Below, in pieces: positions 21,522-32,578 of a DNA stretch of 64,000 nt; within the stretch, counting starts at the first letter, position 1; the number at the start of each line of letters is the position of its first letter. Below the pieces are notes generated by a model. That model had not been told where the DNA came from. It saw only the letters and a list, made by a program, of their open reading frames with translations, and did not search any database. Source of the DNA: an uncultured Fibrobacteraceae bacterium (GTDB lineage Bacteria > Krumholzibacteriota > Krumholzibacteriia > LZORAL124-64-63); the NCBI GenBank assembly GCA_964437115.1, contig CAYTFE010000002.1, forward strand, positions 65,262 through 129,261, written 5' to 3'. Made by a program: the position numbers and the translations under genes.

Positions 21522-23731
21522 CAGGAATCACTACTCTTCTGTTCTTTATTCTGCCCAGGATAAGCAATTCTGGCATGATGAATACCCGCCAATAACGGAA
21601 TAAAGGCAGCTCTGATTTTAGCAAGATCCGAAATTGTCAATTGACATTCATCCAGCTCACCATCAAGCATTCTGGCATCAACTATTGTTTTCGTAATTTC
21701 TCTTATTCTTCCAGGAGTTGGCTTGGCAAGAGATCGGGTTGCGGCTTCAATAGCATCGGCAAGCATAAGGATAGCAGTTTCCCTACTTTGAGGCTTTGGC
21801 CCGGGGTAACGGAAACTTGAAACGTTAATCGTCCTGTTTTGATCAGATTCCATTGCCTTGTGGTAGAATACCTTCATAATTCCAGTACCATGGTGCTCTG
21901 GGATGAAATCGATAACTATTTGTGGCAATCTCCACTTTTTAGCCATTTCAACTCCATCTTTTACATGAGCAGAAACAATCAGTGCACTCATATTAGGCGA
22001 CAACTCATCATGTTTATTGGGACCGCCACCCTGATTTTCAATAAAATACTCAGGCTTTTTCAACTTCCCGATATCGTGAAACAAGGCCCCAACTCTAACC
22101 AAAATTGAGTTCGCGCCAATTGCTCTGGCTGCCTGTTCACCAAGCTGAGCCACAACCTGACTGTGATGAAATGTTCCTTGTGCTTCGAGAGCCATTTGCT
22201 TCAGCAAAGGGTGGTTCAAATCAGACAATTCCAATAAAGTTAAATCGCTACTTACACCGATTGCAGGTTCAACTAACGGCAACAAAAATAGCGCTATTGC
22301 AATTGATGCCACCGGAGTGGCAATACCAACCAGAAATAAGTGCCATAGGCCATCTACTGACCCGGCAGAAAGTTTTGACAAAGTAATCAAAAACAGATTC
22401 AGAGCTACCAGTGCTGCTATAGTTTTATAGTATCTGTCGCGAGTTCTGATTCTGCGAACCATCGATACAGAAAATACACCAATCAACAACCAATACATCA
22501 GATGCTGAGTTTCAACCCCGGAAACAGGGGCTAACAATCCAACAAGAAGTATACTTACAGCATAGCCTACTTTATCCCTGAATAGGGCAGTCAACAGGAC
22601 AGTAAGTAACGGAATTGGTAAAGCAAATACACCTAAAGAAACTTGTCCCATACAAAAGACCGCTAAAAAGACAAACAACCCTAGAAGTAAAGTAACAGCA
22701 ATAAGTTGCCTGAGTTTTACCAGGATTTCTTTAAAATATCGTGATGCTACCCAGCCAAACATTAGCAAAATAAGAGCAATCATTAAAACTCTGGAAACCT
22801 GCTTTGGAAGAACTGATCTGTTCTCATCACTGGAAAGCATACCGGCGGCTTCCATCTTTAACTTCAGCCCCTCCAGAAAGGCTGCTTCCGATGTAGTAAC
22901 TCTGTCACCTCTGCCAATTACTCTTTCACCCTTTATAAAATCATGCGTTACTGAGACTGAATCTCTGGCCTTCTGTTGCCTCTTACGAGTCTCGACAGAA
23001 TTGTATCGCAAATTTGGCTCAACAAAATGATCTAAAAACTGTGCACCCCATAATGCGGTATCACGATTATGTAATTGCGTATAAAGCAATGATTCAAGAG
23101 AATCAATCAAAGCAAAATGAGGAATCAAGTCACTCACCAGGACTGTTTTTTCCTGACCAGAATTGAGTATTATTACTTCTCGATAATTACCGACAGGCAA
23201 ATCATTAACCACACCCTGACGATACAATTGCTCAATTGTATTCTCAGCAGCAACAATAAATTCTACAGGATCTTCCAGGCTAAAAACATATTCCAGATCG
23301 TCTTCAGTAATTTCTGGAAACTGCAAAGCTAACAAACCGATTTTGTCTGATCTTGAGGAAGAAATCGAGAGGTGAGTAAGGAACTGTTCCGACCAGTTCT
23401 CAAACTTTGACAATCTTTTATCCACTTCGATTTGGTGATTATCTACAACCGGTGGCTCAATCAAAACTCTCTGAAATTGTCTTAATTCGATATCCTGCTG
23501 TGGCAAGGAAACAGAAAAATCGAATGGAGCTCGATATTCCTTGTCAGAGATTTCTCCTTCGCTTGGAAAAGTTATATCCAGTCCGGGAGTCACAGGAATT
23601 ATCATAAGGTGCAGAACTGTAATTAAGACACCAGCAATTACGCTATAAACCCACGCCGGAATATTATTTAAAGCACTGGCCAAAGACTTCCTACGAAAAG
23701 GACTGTTTATGAATGCCCTGAAGTCCATCAA
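21521..23731 (-). CDS. 7TM receptor with intracellular HD hydrolase (PgpH/YqfF-like).
   Basis: 736 aa with an extracellular N-domain, a 7-TM block and a C-terminal HD domain (LFHDIGK). Confidence 0.75.
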   Translation of the reverse strand: MMDFRAFINSPFRRKSLASALNNIPAWVYSVIAGVLITVLHLMIIPVTPGLDITFPSEGEISDKEYRAPFDFSVSLPQQDIELRQFQRVLIEPPVVDNHQIEVDKRLSKFENWSEQFLTHLSISSSRSDKIGLLALQFPEITEDDLEYVFSLEDPVEFIVAAENTIEQLYRQGVVNDLPVGNYREVIILNSGQEKTVLVSDLIPHFALIDSLESLLYTQLHNRDTALWGAQFLDHFVEPNLRYNSVETRKRQQKARDSVSVTHDFIKGERVIGRGDRVTTSEAAFLEGLKLKMEAAGMLSSDENRSVLPKQVSRVLMIALILLMFGWVASRYFKEILVKLRQLIAVTLLLGLFVFLAVFCMGQVSLGVFALPIPLLTVLLTALFRDKVGYAVSILLVGLLAPVSGVETQHLMYWLLIGVFSVSMVRRIRTRDRYYKTIAALVALNLFLITLSKLSAGSVDGLWHLFLVGIATPVASIAIALFLLPLVEPAIGVSSDLTLLELSDLNHPLLKQMALEAQGTFHHSQVVAQLGEQAARAIGANSILVRVGALFHDIGKLKKPEYFIENQGGGPNKHDELSPNMSALIVSAHVKDGVEMAKKWRLPQIVIDFIPEHHGTGIMKVFYHKAMESDQNRTINVSSFRYPGPKPQSRETAILMLADAIEAATRSLAKPTPGRIREITKTIVDARMLDGELDECQLTISDLAKIRAAFIPLLAGIHHARIAYPGQNKEQKSSDS

Positions 23732-24739
23732 TTACTCCTTAATTGAGTTGGATCTCTCCGCTTTGCTGAAAGCGTCAACAATTTTACGTACCAGCGGATG
23801 CCTTACAACATCGTCACGGAGCAATTCCACAAAATCAACCCCTTCAGTCTCTGCCAAAACATCTTGAACCAGAATTAGTCCAGAGTTTTCTTTCTCATTA
23901 AGGTCGACCTGAGTAATGTCACCTGTAATTACAGCCTTGGATTGATACCCAAGACGCGTTAAAAACATTTTCATCTGCCCGATTGTTGTATTTTGAGCCT
24001 CGTCTAGAATCACAAATGCATTATTCAAAGTTCTACCACGCATGAATGCCAACGGGGCAGCTTCAATCACGCCACTACTCATGTATTGCTGTATTCTACT
24101 GAGACCTACTGTGTCGGCAAGAGCGTCATATAACGGCCTAAGATATGGGTCTATCTTATCCTGAAGATCGCCAGGCAAGAAACCAAGCTGTTCACCAGCT
24201 TCAACAGCCGGACGCACCAGGATAATCCTGTCGACAAGCTTTTTTGTCAGATAATCCATAGCCATAACCACTGCAAGATAGGTCTTTCCAGTGCCAGCAG
24301 GTCCAACAGCAAATACTACATCATTATTGCGAATCGATTCTATGTATTCTCTTTGGCCTTTTGTCTTTGCTCTGACTTCTTTTCTGCTTCCTATTGTATG
24401 AAAAAGGACATCACACATCGGCTCAACAGAATTTGTTTTTTCTTTTTCATCCAGTCTTTTTCCCAGAACATAATTTACCGCGACTTCATCAACGGTTAAC
24501 CCCTGCTCCATCATGTTCACTAAATCCAAAACTACTTCACTGAACTCAACAGCATCCTGCCCCTGACCACGTAGCATCATAAACTCACCACGTACTGTCA
24601 CAGAACCTTGGAATCGTTTCTCCAGCAGTTTCAAATTAGAATCATTCCAACCCAACAACGTCGATTGGTCCAGTCCAGCAAGAGATACAATCACCTCACC
24701 TGGGTCAGCTGTTTGTATCCTGTCCTCACGACTGATCAT
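23732..24739 (-). CDS. phoH: PhoH-like ATPase.
   Basis: 335 aa with Walker [13 protein letters not shown]. Conserved phoH-HD-ybeY-corC synteny. Confidence 0.85.
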   Translation of the reverse strand: MISREDRIQTADPGEVIVSLAGLDQSTLLGWNDSNLKLLEKRFQGSVTVRGEFMMLRGQGQDAVEFSEVVLDLVNMMEQGLTVDEVAVNYVLGKRLDEKEKTNSVEPMCDVLFHTIGSRKEVRAKTKGQREYIESIRNNDVVFAVGPAGTGKTYLAVVMAMDYLTKKLVDRIILVRPAVEAGEQLGFLPGDLQDKIDPYLRPLYDALADTVGLSRIQQYMSSGVIEAAPLAFMRGRTLNNAFVILDEAQNTTIGQMKMFLTRLGYQSKAVITGDITQVDLNEKENSGLILVQDVLAETEGVDFVELLRDDVVRHPLVRKIVDAFSKAERSNSIKE

Positions 24740-26508
24740 TCAGACTCTCTTTCAACAACTTCTAATCCCAACTCTTCAAGCTGGGCTTCACTGATTCCAC
24801 CAGGAGAATTATCCAGGGGCGAAGAAGCCATGTGAGTTTTAGGGAAAGCGATAACATCACGGAGTGAACTGCTATCAGTTAACAGCATAACCAACCTATC
24901 AAGACCTAATGCAACTCCCCCATGAGGAGGCGCTCCGTATTCAAGTGCATCAAGGAAGAAACCAAATTTGGAATCGTATTCTTCTTTATCCATTCCAACC
25001 AATTCAAACACTCTTTCCTGAATATCACGCCGATGGATTCTGATACTACCAGAACCAAGTTCAACGCCATTGCAAACAAGATCATATAATTGACCATACG
25101 TTGCACCTGGATCAGTTTCCAATGCACCGATGGTTTCATCGTCTGGCATTGTGAACATATGATGACAGGCAGTCCAATGCTCAGCATCATCTTTTTTCTC
25201 AAACATTGGAAAGCTGCAAACCCAGGTAAATGCCCACTGGCTTTTATCAATCCAGTTTTCTTGTTCAGCCAGAGCTAAACGAACTGCTCCCAATGGTTCA
25301 AAGACTGCCGACGCATTTCCAGCGCCAAACAAAATTAAATCGCCTTCAACACACCCGGTTCTTTCAACCAGATCAGCCTTAAATTTATCATTGAAGAATT
25401 TACTGATTCCAGCTTCTGGGCCATCGGCTCCAATCTTGACAAATGCCAACCCGCCAGCACCTCGTTTTTTAGCTTCATCTTCAAGTTCAGAAATTTGTTT
25501 TCGACTATAGCCTGACAAACCACTGGCCAAAATACAACGGACGGTCCCACCAGAGCTGACAGCGTTCTCGAAAACACCAAAGCCACAATCTGACACCAAA
25601 TCTTCAATATTCTGTATTTCACAACCAAACCTTAAGTCAGGTTTATCCGAACCATATTTTTCAATTGCCTCATCATAATTCATTCTTGGAAATTGAGCTG
25701 GCAACTCAACACCAATCGACTTCTTGAACAGATCCCCAACCATACCCTCTACCAGAGTATAGATATCTTCTTCAGTTACAAAACTCATCTCGATATCAAT
25801 CTGAGTATGCTCTGGCTGCCTGTCTTTACGTAAATCTTCATCACGCAAACAACGAGGCAGCTGATAATATCTATCCATTCCCGACACCATCAAAATTTGT
25901 TTATAAAGCTGAGGTGATTGAGGCAAAGCGTAAAAACTACCAGGATGAACACGACTAGGAACTACATAATCCCTGGCGCCTTCAGGAGTAGTTTTAATCA
26001 GAAGTGGAGTTTCAACTTCAAGGAAATCCTGTTCCGATAAAAAATTTCTCACCGCAGCCGTTACCTTGTGCCTTATTACCATGTTGTTTGCCATGCGTGG
26101 ATGCCGCAAATCGATATATCGATGCTTAAGCCTCAGCTCATCACTTGTATCTCCAGCTTTATCCAACTGGAAAGGCAATGGTTTGCTGCCATTCAAAATA
26201 TCCAGCGACGATGCAACAACTTCAACTTCTCCAGTAGGCATGTCTTTATTAACCATGCCCTCTGGTCGTGGCCGAACTGTTCCATTAATTGAAATCACAG
26301 ATTCCAGCTTAACTTTTCCAGAAGCTAGAGCCAACTCATCTGACTCAAAAATAACCTGAACAACACCATAGCGATCACGCAAATCAATAAAAGTGACGCC
26401 ACCCATATCCCTTATTTTTGCAGCCCAACCTGAAAGTGCTACTTCCTTGCCTTTTAATTCAAGATTGACCTGGCCACATCTATGTGTCCTGTATTTGTTG
26501 CTTTTCAC
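24736..26508 (-). CDS. aspS: Aspartyl-tRNA synthetase.
   Basis: 590 aa with an N-terminal OB anticodon-binding domain and class II core motifs. Confidence 0.9.
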   Translation of the reverse strand: MKSNKYRTHRCGQVNLELKGKEVALSGWAAKIRDMGGVTFIDLRDRYGVVQVIFESDELALASGKVKLESVISINGTVRPRPEGMVNKDMPTGEVEVVASSLDILNGSKPLPFQLDKAGDTSDELRLKHRYIDLRHPRMANNMVIRHKVTAAVRNFLSEQDFLEVETPLLIKTTPEGARDYVVPSRVHPGSFYALPQSPQLYKQILMVSGMDRYYQLPRCLRDEDLRKDRQPEHTQIDIEMSFVTEEDIYTLVEGMVGDLFKKSIGVELPAQFPRMNYDEAIEKYGSDKPDLRFGCEIQNIEDLVSDCGFGVFENAVSSGGTVRCILASGLSGYSRKQISELEDEAKKRGAGGLAFVKIGADGPEAGISKFFNDKFKADLVERTGCVEGDLILFGAGNASAVFEPLGAVRLALAEQENWIDKSQWAFTWVCSFPMFEKKDDAEHWTACHHMFTMPDDETIGALETDPGATYGQLYDLVCNGVELGSGSIRIHRRDIQERVFELVGMDKEEYDSKFGFFLDALEYGAPPHGGVALGLDRLVMLLTDSSSLRDVIAFPKTHMASSPLDNSPGGISEAQLEELGLEVVERESE

Positions 26509-27782
26509 TTTGCGATTACCTCCTGCACAGCTGCAGTAATATCTTCACTGCTAACTGGCACTTGTTGTCCTGTTTCCATGTTTTTCATTTGAAACTGATT
26601 ATTGTTAATCTCATCATCTCCAACAATTAACACTGCTGATGATTCTCGAGAAACTGCCGCTTTCATCTGTGCTTTCACACCTCTGTCAGTTGTATCAACT
26701 TCCACCCTGCAGACGGATCTAAGCTTATCTACATGCTGCAAAGCAAATTGCTGTGCTTGCCTGTTCATACAAACAACATATACATCAACAACAGACTGCC
26801 TGCTTCGCTGATGATCATATTCCTGGTCGTACAGGTGACGTACTATCCGCTCAACCCCAGCAGAAAATCCTACTGCAGGTGTTGTTGGACCACCACATTG
26901 TTCAATAAGATAGTCATACCTTCCACCACCACACAACGCACTTTGACGCAACCCTGATCCTGCAGAAATTTCAAAAGTTGTCCGCGTGTAATAATCGAGC
27001 CCCCGAACTAGTGAGTTATCATTCTCATATCTGACATCAAGAGCGTCCAGCGTGTCACAAAATTGTGCATGATGGTTTTTACATTCAGTACATAAAGCTT
27101 CACTGATTGGTTTGAAGTCAGCCAACATTTTTTGGCAATCTTCACTCTTACAATCAAACAAACGCAGTGGGTTTGTTTCAGTTCTAGAAACACAAGTTTC
27201 ACAGAATCCATCTTTGTTATCTTGAGCCCAGCCTCTTAAATCATCAACGTATGATGGCCTGCAATTTTCACAGCCAATACTGTTTACCTGGACTGTCAAA
27301 TCATTTGCTCCCACAGCTTCAAACAAAGAAGCTGCACAGCTGACAACTTCGGCATCAAGTACTGGACTACTGGAACCGATTGCCTCAACTCCTACCTGAT
27401 GGAATTGTCTGTATCTTCCAGCTTGCGGTCTATCATAACGAAACATAGGTCCCATATAATAAAATTTCACTGTGCCAGGCTGTCTGGTTAAACCATTTTC
27501 TAAATAAGCTCTGACCACCGATGCGGTTGCTTCCGGTCGGAGAGACAAACTCTCCCCACCCTTGGATTCAAACGTGTACATCTCCTTGTCAACAATATCA
27601 GTTCCAGAACCAACAGATCGCGTAAACAGGCTTGTCGATTCAAACGATGGAGTTCTGATCTCTCCATACCCGAATCGAGCTAAAACTTCGTGCCATTTAC
27701 TTTCGCACCACTGCCAACGCTCCATCTCCAGGAACATCAGATCTCGAGTGCCTTTTGGCTTTCTGTACTTAATACTCATCAA
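26505..27782 (-). CDS. hisS: Histidyl-tRNA synthetase.
   Basis: 425 aa with the class IIa HisRS pattern ([14 protein letters not shown]...). Confidence 0.9.
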   Translation of the reverse strand: MMSIKYRKPKGTRDLMFLEMERWQWCESKWHEVLARFGYGEIRTPSFESTSLFTRSVGSGTDIVDKEMYTFESKGGESLSLRPEATASVVRAYLENGLTRQPGTVKFYYMGPMFRYDRPQAGRYRQFHQVGVEAIGSSSPVLDAEVVSCAASLFEAVGANDLTVQVNSIGCENCRPSYVDDLRGWAQDNKDGFCETCVSRTETNPLRLFDCKSEDCQKMLADFKPISEALCTECKNHHAQFCDTLDALDVRYENDNSLVRGLDYYTRTTFEISAGSGLRQSALCGGGRYDYLIEQCGGPTTPAVGFSAGVERIVRHLYDQEYDHQRSRQSVVDVYVVCMNRQAQQFALQHVDKLRSVCRVEVDTTDRGVKAQMKAAVSRESSAVLIVGDDEINNNQFQMKNMETGQQVPVSSEDITAAVQEVIAK

Positions 27783-28706
27783 TCACTCCTGCGCCTGGTT
27801 TGCGCCTATCACCACATTAAACTGTTCCGGTTCCATGCTTACCATCCTGAACTTATCTGGCAACTGAACCTGGGCTTGCAAATCATGTGTTCCAGGTTCA
27901 AGTCCAGTCAAAGAAATCAGTACCGAAATCTCATCAGGATCAAGCCCAGCCAACAAATCTACAGGGCCCTCAATCACTACATCAACAACTGGAGGTGTCA
28001 CAATAACATTTCCGTAATTTGCATCTTTCAACGCAACAATTGGGATATGGTTGAATGTTTTCTGCCCCAACGTTGAAATTTCAACTGTAATTACAGCAAC
28101 CTCTTTATTGCATTGAAGTTCTTTAAATGGAATTTTCAGTCGACGGGTAATTGGGCCTGAACTGTTCAACCGCGCAAGATCAATCGGTTCTGTGGGAACA
28201 AAAAGCCCATCAACCATCAGACGCGATGGCCCTACTAAAGTCACAAATTCTGGCTCCACCACCGGCTCATTAACAAACATTATGTTGGAATTAAGTGACC
28301 CGGAAAACTCGACTTCAACTTTTACCTCAACAGAATCTACAGTATCAGGAATCAGATTCAACCAGACCGGAGGCACAATTGTCAGCTCACTTAGTGGTGA
28401 TTTTATGTCTGTGAATGAGACTTGTTGTTGGACATTGGTACCCGACACCAAATGAGAAACATCAACTGATGCAGAACCAAGATTTCTGCCAAAGTACCTG
28501 TTGAGGAAAAAATCCAGTTTACTTCCAGTTGCTCTCACTGAGATAACATCAGGCCACTGAGAACCGGCCAGAGTTAACTCATCATCCAGACCAGTCAGCT
28601 CCAATGGAATTGAAATATCTCTCATTGTTTTGTGTGTAGCAGCGACCTGTATCCATATGAACAACGACACAACAAGACAAAATATTTTCAGAGCCGTTTT
28701 ATTCAT
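27783..28706 (-). CDS. YbbR-like (CdaR-like) repeat protein with an N-terminal TM anchor.
   Basis: 307 aa with a TM helix followed by repeated about 80-residue beta-rich YbbR-type modules. No adjacent cdaA. Confidence 0.45.
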   Translation of the reverse strand: MNKTALKIFCLVVSLFIWIQVAATHKTMRDISIPLELTGLDDELTLAGSQWPDVISVRATGSKLDFFLNRYFGRNLGSASVDVSHLVSGTNVQQQVSFTDIKSPLSELTIVPPVWLNLIPDTVDSVEVKVEVEFSGSLNSNIMFVNEPVVEPEFVTLVGPSRLMVDGLFVPTEPIDLARLNSSGPITRRLKIPFKELQCNKEVAVITVEISTLGQKTFNHIPIVALKDANYGNVIVTPPVVDVVIEGPVDLLAGLDPDEISVLISLTGLEPGTHDLQAQVQLPDKFRMVSMEPEQFNVVIGANQAQE

Positions 28707-30032
28707 TTACTTTCCACTCCCTGAAGGTAAGTTAATTTTCTGTCCGATCATGATATTATCAGACTTCAAGTTATTGATTTTCTTGATCTTTTTAGAAGTG
28801 GTTCCATGTCTCCTGGCAAGTTTCCATAATGAGTCACCGCTTTTTACTTTGTAACGAAGTGACCAATCTGCTTTCGCAGGTTTATTTACAGGCAGCCCCA
28901 GGTAATTCCTTATACCCTCATTCAAGGCTTGAGCAATCTTTCTTTGCCCATCAGTTGATGACAAAATTGTTCTATCTTCAGAGTTACTCAAAAAACCGGT
29001 TTCAATCAAAATCGATGGCATATCCAACGTTGAGCGCAAAACAACAAATCCCGCCTGTTTGACTCTCCTGACCGACAACACATTGGATCTGCGGATTGCT
29101 CCCATAACCTCATCGGCAAAAATACTTGAGCTATTTACCATGTGATTTTTTTTCATATCCATCAGAATTGACACCACATCATCGTCTGATTCACTTCCGG
29201 GGGGTAATCCCAGGGAATCGGAAGCGTTTTCATAATTAGCCAGTTTGAGTGCTTCTTCATCAGTTGCTTTATCAAGTGACAAAATGAAAACTTCAGTCCC
29301 TTTTAAAGATCTGCTTTTGTGAGAATTGGCATGGATGGATATGAATAGATCTCCACCAACAGCCTCAGCTTTTTTATATCGTTTTGAAAGACTCAAAAAA
29401 TAATCTTTATCACGAGTCAGTACAGCCTGCATATTTTTCTGTTTATCTATTACTCGCTTCAGCTCTTTAGCTAACTTGAGGACAACATCCTTTTCCCTAA
29501 CTCCATTTTTTATACAGCCAGGATCAATCCCACCATGACCTGGATCAATTACTACCGTAATAATATTTTCATTTTTCTTTGGCTTAGTGATTTGCTGTTT
29601 TTTATCTGCAGAATATACATCGACAACAATTCGATGCGGCCTGTCTCCAGCTGCCTTGAGAGCAAAGTCTCTAAACTTCAGCTCTCCAGCCAAGTCAAGG
29701 ACCACCTGCGCTTTAGTGCTTAATGAATTTCTACGAATCCTGAATAAAACACCGTCATTTACAGAAATGGTTTTGTCACTTGTAAAAGAGCCATCAATTA
29801 CATCGATTGCTATTCTTTCAGGATTGGTATAGCGGGTAACTTTATATTTACTGTCGCTGGATAAATCCAAAACTACTCTGGTATGGCCTGGAGCAGTAAA
29901 ATATCTGACCTTTTCAACTACTGGTGCAGCTGTAACTTTAGATACTTGAAACAAAGAAATAAGCAGTACCGATACAATAAAAACGCATCGAGGAACATTG
30001 TATTTGAAAGCACGCAAAATAACTGCCAGCAT
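28707..30032 (-). CDS. N-acetylmuramoyl-L-alanine amidase (AMIN domain, Amidase_3 and C-terminal LysM).
   Basis: 441 aa. The VVIDPGHGG catalytic motif is present, and the C-terminal YKVKSGDSLWKLARRHG...INLP is a LysM. Confidence 0.75.
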   Translation of the reverse strand: MLAVILRAFKYNVPRCVFIVSVLLISLFQVSKVTAAPVVEKVRYFTAPGHTRVVLDLSSDSKYKVTRYTNPERIAIDVIDGSFTSDKTISVNDGVLFRIRRNSLSTKAQVVLDLAGELKFRDFALKAAGDRPHRIVVDVYSADKKQQITKPKKNENIITVVIDPGHGGIDPGCIKNGVREKDVVLKLAKELKRVIDKQKNMQAVLTRDKDYFLSLSKRYKKAEAVGGDLFISIHANSHKSRSLKGTEVFILSLDKATDEEALKLANYENASDSLGLPPGSESDDDVVSILMDMKKNHMVNSSSIFADEVMGAIRRSNVLSVRRVKQAGFVVLRSTLDMPSILIETGFLSNSEDRTILSSTDGQRKIAQALNEGIRNYLGLPVNKPAKADWSLRYKVKSGDSLWKLARRHGTTSKKIKKINNLKSDNIMIGQKINLPSGSGK

Positions 30033-30137
30033 AGCTGCCTTTCTTAATCGAGAACCATAGTAAAAACCACAATACAGAAAGTACCACAGACAAGCTACAG
30101 TGCAAACTAGATTAACGGAAAACGAAGAAAAAAGCTG

Positions 30138-31019
30138 TTAGTTGATTATGTACGATCCGGGGTTTACATATCTGCCATTTACAGCAACTTCATAATGAAT
30201 ATGAGGAGCAGTAGAGCGACCGGTATTTCCTGATTCAGCAATTACGTCGCCACGCTTAACTTTTTGCCCCTGCTTGACATTCCATTTTGACAAATGAGCA
30301 TAAGTAGTAACTACATCATTACCATGATCAATTCGGATTAATTTACCAAAGCCACGATCATGCCGTACTGATTTTATTACACCATCTGCAGTAGCTAATA
30401 CTGGAGTACCAGTAGGTACTGAATAATCCAGGCCTCTGTGGAATTTGGATTTCCCAGTAAATGGGTCATTACGTCTTCCAAAACTGGAACTCAGCCAACC
30501 TGAATCAACTGGCCTGATTGCGGGGATATGGGCTCGCACTAACTCTCTGGCGTTTAGAGTATCCAGAATAGCCTCAAATCCACTGCGCTGAACTCTTGCC
30601 TGTCTGAGTAGTCTATCCAGACTCATATGCAATTTACTTGATGGAGATGTAGAAACATCATGCTGCCTGCCACCAACTCCAGCTTCCCGAACATTTTCAT
30701 CCATCGGGTCAATACCAGCAACAAGCGCAACTTGCTCCTGAACCAAATATGAAGCAGAAATAGCATCTTTCAACATAACAACACGATCACCAAGGAACTT
30801 CAGCTCAGAAACCAACCTGCTGTTCTCGTGCTGAACAGCGGAACCACCAGGTAGCCAGCTGACACCTTGAGTCAAACCGTAGAAATAAAATCCTGAAGTT
30901 AAGAACAGGCAAAACAGACCAAGTGCTACGTACGCAAGCGTCGCAGACTTGATTGAGAAGCGTTTAGTTACGCTTTCATCCTGAGGAATGTATAAAAAAT
31001 TGTATTTTTTCTTTAACAA
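30138..31019 (-). CDS. M23-family peptidoglycan endopeptidase (membrane-anchored).
   Basis: 293 aa with HRGLDY...D and HIHYEV M23 motifs. Confidence 0.75.
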   Translation of the reverse strand: MLKKKYNFLYIPQDESVTKRFSIKSATLAYVALGLFCLFLTSGFYFYGLTQGVSWLPGGSAVQHENSRLVSELKFLGDRVVMLKDAISASYLVQEQVALVAGIDPMDENVREAGVGGRQHDVSTSPSSKLHMSLDRLLRQARVQRSGFEAILDTLNARELVRAHIPAIRPVDSGWLSSSFGRRNDPFTGKSKFHRGLDYSVPTGTPVLATADGVIKSVRHDRGFGKLIRIDHGNDVVTTYAHLSKWNVKQGQKVKRGDVIAESGNTGRSTAPHIHYEVAVNGRYVNPGSYIIN

Positions 31020-31115
31020 GTAAGTTGTGTCCTGTTTTAAGTCATCTTCAATTGTCAGGCGACGACAAAGATACTCAAACCGGCCAAAAAGTCAATCCCA
31101 TTACAACACAAGCGC

Positions 31116-31964
31116 CTATGAATAGTCCATAAGGGCAGAGACCTCTACCTGCTGGCGTATTTTTTCCAACGATTTTTCTTTGATCTGCCTGATGCGCTCA
31201 CGAGTTAAACCAAGAGTCCTGCCTATTGCTTCCAGGGTCATTGCCTCTTCATGGCCCAGCCCGTAGTACATAATTACAATACCTTTTTCACGAGGTGTCA
31301 GACAACTAAGGCTGCTTAAAATATCTTCCTTAAGAACTCTATCCATAGCACCTTGGTCTGTAGTGGCATCATTATCGTTTGTTATTGTCTCAAGTAATGG
31401 TCTCTCACTGTCCTGAGAGCCGGTATCATCCAAAGGCACCATCGCCCCGCCCAGCTTTATCGCAGTCCGGACATGATTAATATCAACTCCTGAGTGCTTG
31501 GATAGTTGTTCGGCATTTGGGGATTCGACTCCTCTGCTTTCCAGCGTATTCCTGGACCGGTTAATTTTCAGCAAAACTGCAGTTTGATTTTGTGGCAACC
31601 GAACCATCCTACCACTATCCAGTAATGCTTGTAAAATCGATTGTCTGACCCACCACACCGCATAAGAAATAAACTTGAATCCACGTTTTTCATCAAACCT
31701 TGTGGCCGCTTTTATTAGCCCCAGGTTGCCTTCATTAATTAAATCTGAAAGTGATAAGCCGTGATACATATACTTTTTAGCTACTGTAACAACAAATCTT
31801 AGATTTGACTGCACAAGCAATTCAAGGGCTTTATTGTCTCCCTCTCTAATTTTTTTAGCACAATCGGATTCTTGTTCACGTGTCAACAATGCAAACTTGT
31901 TAATCTCCCGGAAATAGATATCCAGAGATCTTTCATGTGTCTGTAGTATGTGTGTTCCACTCAT
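31116..31964 (-). CDS. rpoD: Short primary-type sigma-70 factor lacking region 1.1 (Bacteroidetes sigmaA-like).
   Basis: 282 aa. Regions 2-4 are intact (YAVWWVRQSILQALLDSGRMVRLPQNQ, a region 4 HTH). The length and LPxNQ motif match the FCB-group primary sigma. Confidence 0.6.
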   Translation of the reverse strand: MSGTHILQTHERSLDIYFREINKFALLTREQESDCAKKIREGDNKALELLVQSNLRFVVTVAKKYMYHGLSLSDLINEGNLGLIKAATRFDEKRGFKFISYAVWWVRQSILQALLDSGRMVRLPQNQTAVLLKINRSRNTLESRGVESPNAEQLSKHSGVDINHVRTAIKLGGAMVPLDDTGSQDSERPLLETITNDNDATTDQGAMDRVLKEDILSSLSCLTPREKGIVIMYYGLGHEEAMTLEAIGRTLGLTRERIRQIKEKSLEKIRQQVEVSALMDYS

Positions 31965-32134
31965 GCTTTCTCAACTTCCAGTGGGATTATCAGGCATATA
32001 CCCGGTAAACCAACCCGCAAAACGGGTAAAAATATACGGTTACTGAGAACAGCAAATTTTGAGTAGGTAGTTTTTTGTCAGCTCCGGCAAAGCCAACATA
32101 GTAGGGAATCTAAAACCGACTGTACCAGAAAGTA

Positions 32135-32503
32135 CTATTCGGTGTCAACAGGTTTCTCATCAACTATCTCAACAACAACTTCTTCAACTTCATCTGACTC
32201 TATTTCACTATCTGCCGCTTTTATGTCGGCAATTTCAGCTTGCTTGGATATCATTTCTATCTCAAGCTTGCGCACTTTTTCAATGAGTTCCAACAACACA
32301 GGATCTTCCAAAATGTCTGAACGATCGGACTCTATGCCATTATAGACAATATCACCTATTTCACTGAACTGGCGTTCGATATCTCTGCTAATACCAAACA
32401 TGTCATACTTACGAGCTCCAACCTTTGCAGCCACACCAGTTTTGTCTGCAGCCACTCCATACCACTCAACCAAATTGCGTTTTACTTCATCAAAAAGTGA
32501 CAT
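32135..32503 (-). CDS. Hypothetical protein with an acidic coiled-coil C-terminus.
   Basis: 122 aa ORF with good coding appearance and no recognisable domain. Confidence 0.4.
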   Translation of the reverse strand: MSLFDEVKRNLVEWYGVAADKTGVAAKVGARKYDMFGISRDIERQFSEIGDIVYNGIESDRSDILEDPVLLELIEKVRKLEIEMISKQAEIADIKAADSEIESDEVEEVVVEIVDEKPVDTE

Positions 32504-32578
32504 TTTTTTCCTGCTTCCTCAAGTTATTTAGAAAATCCTCTTGCCGTTATACGTTATTTCATATAATAAGTTCTAATT

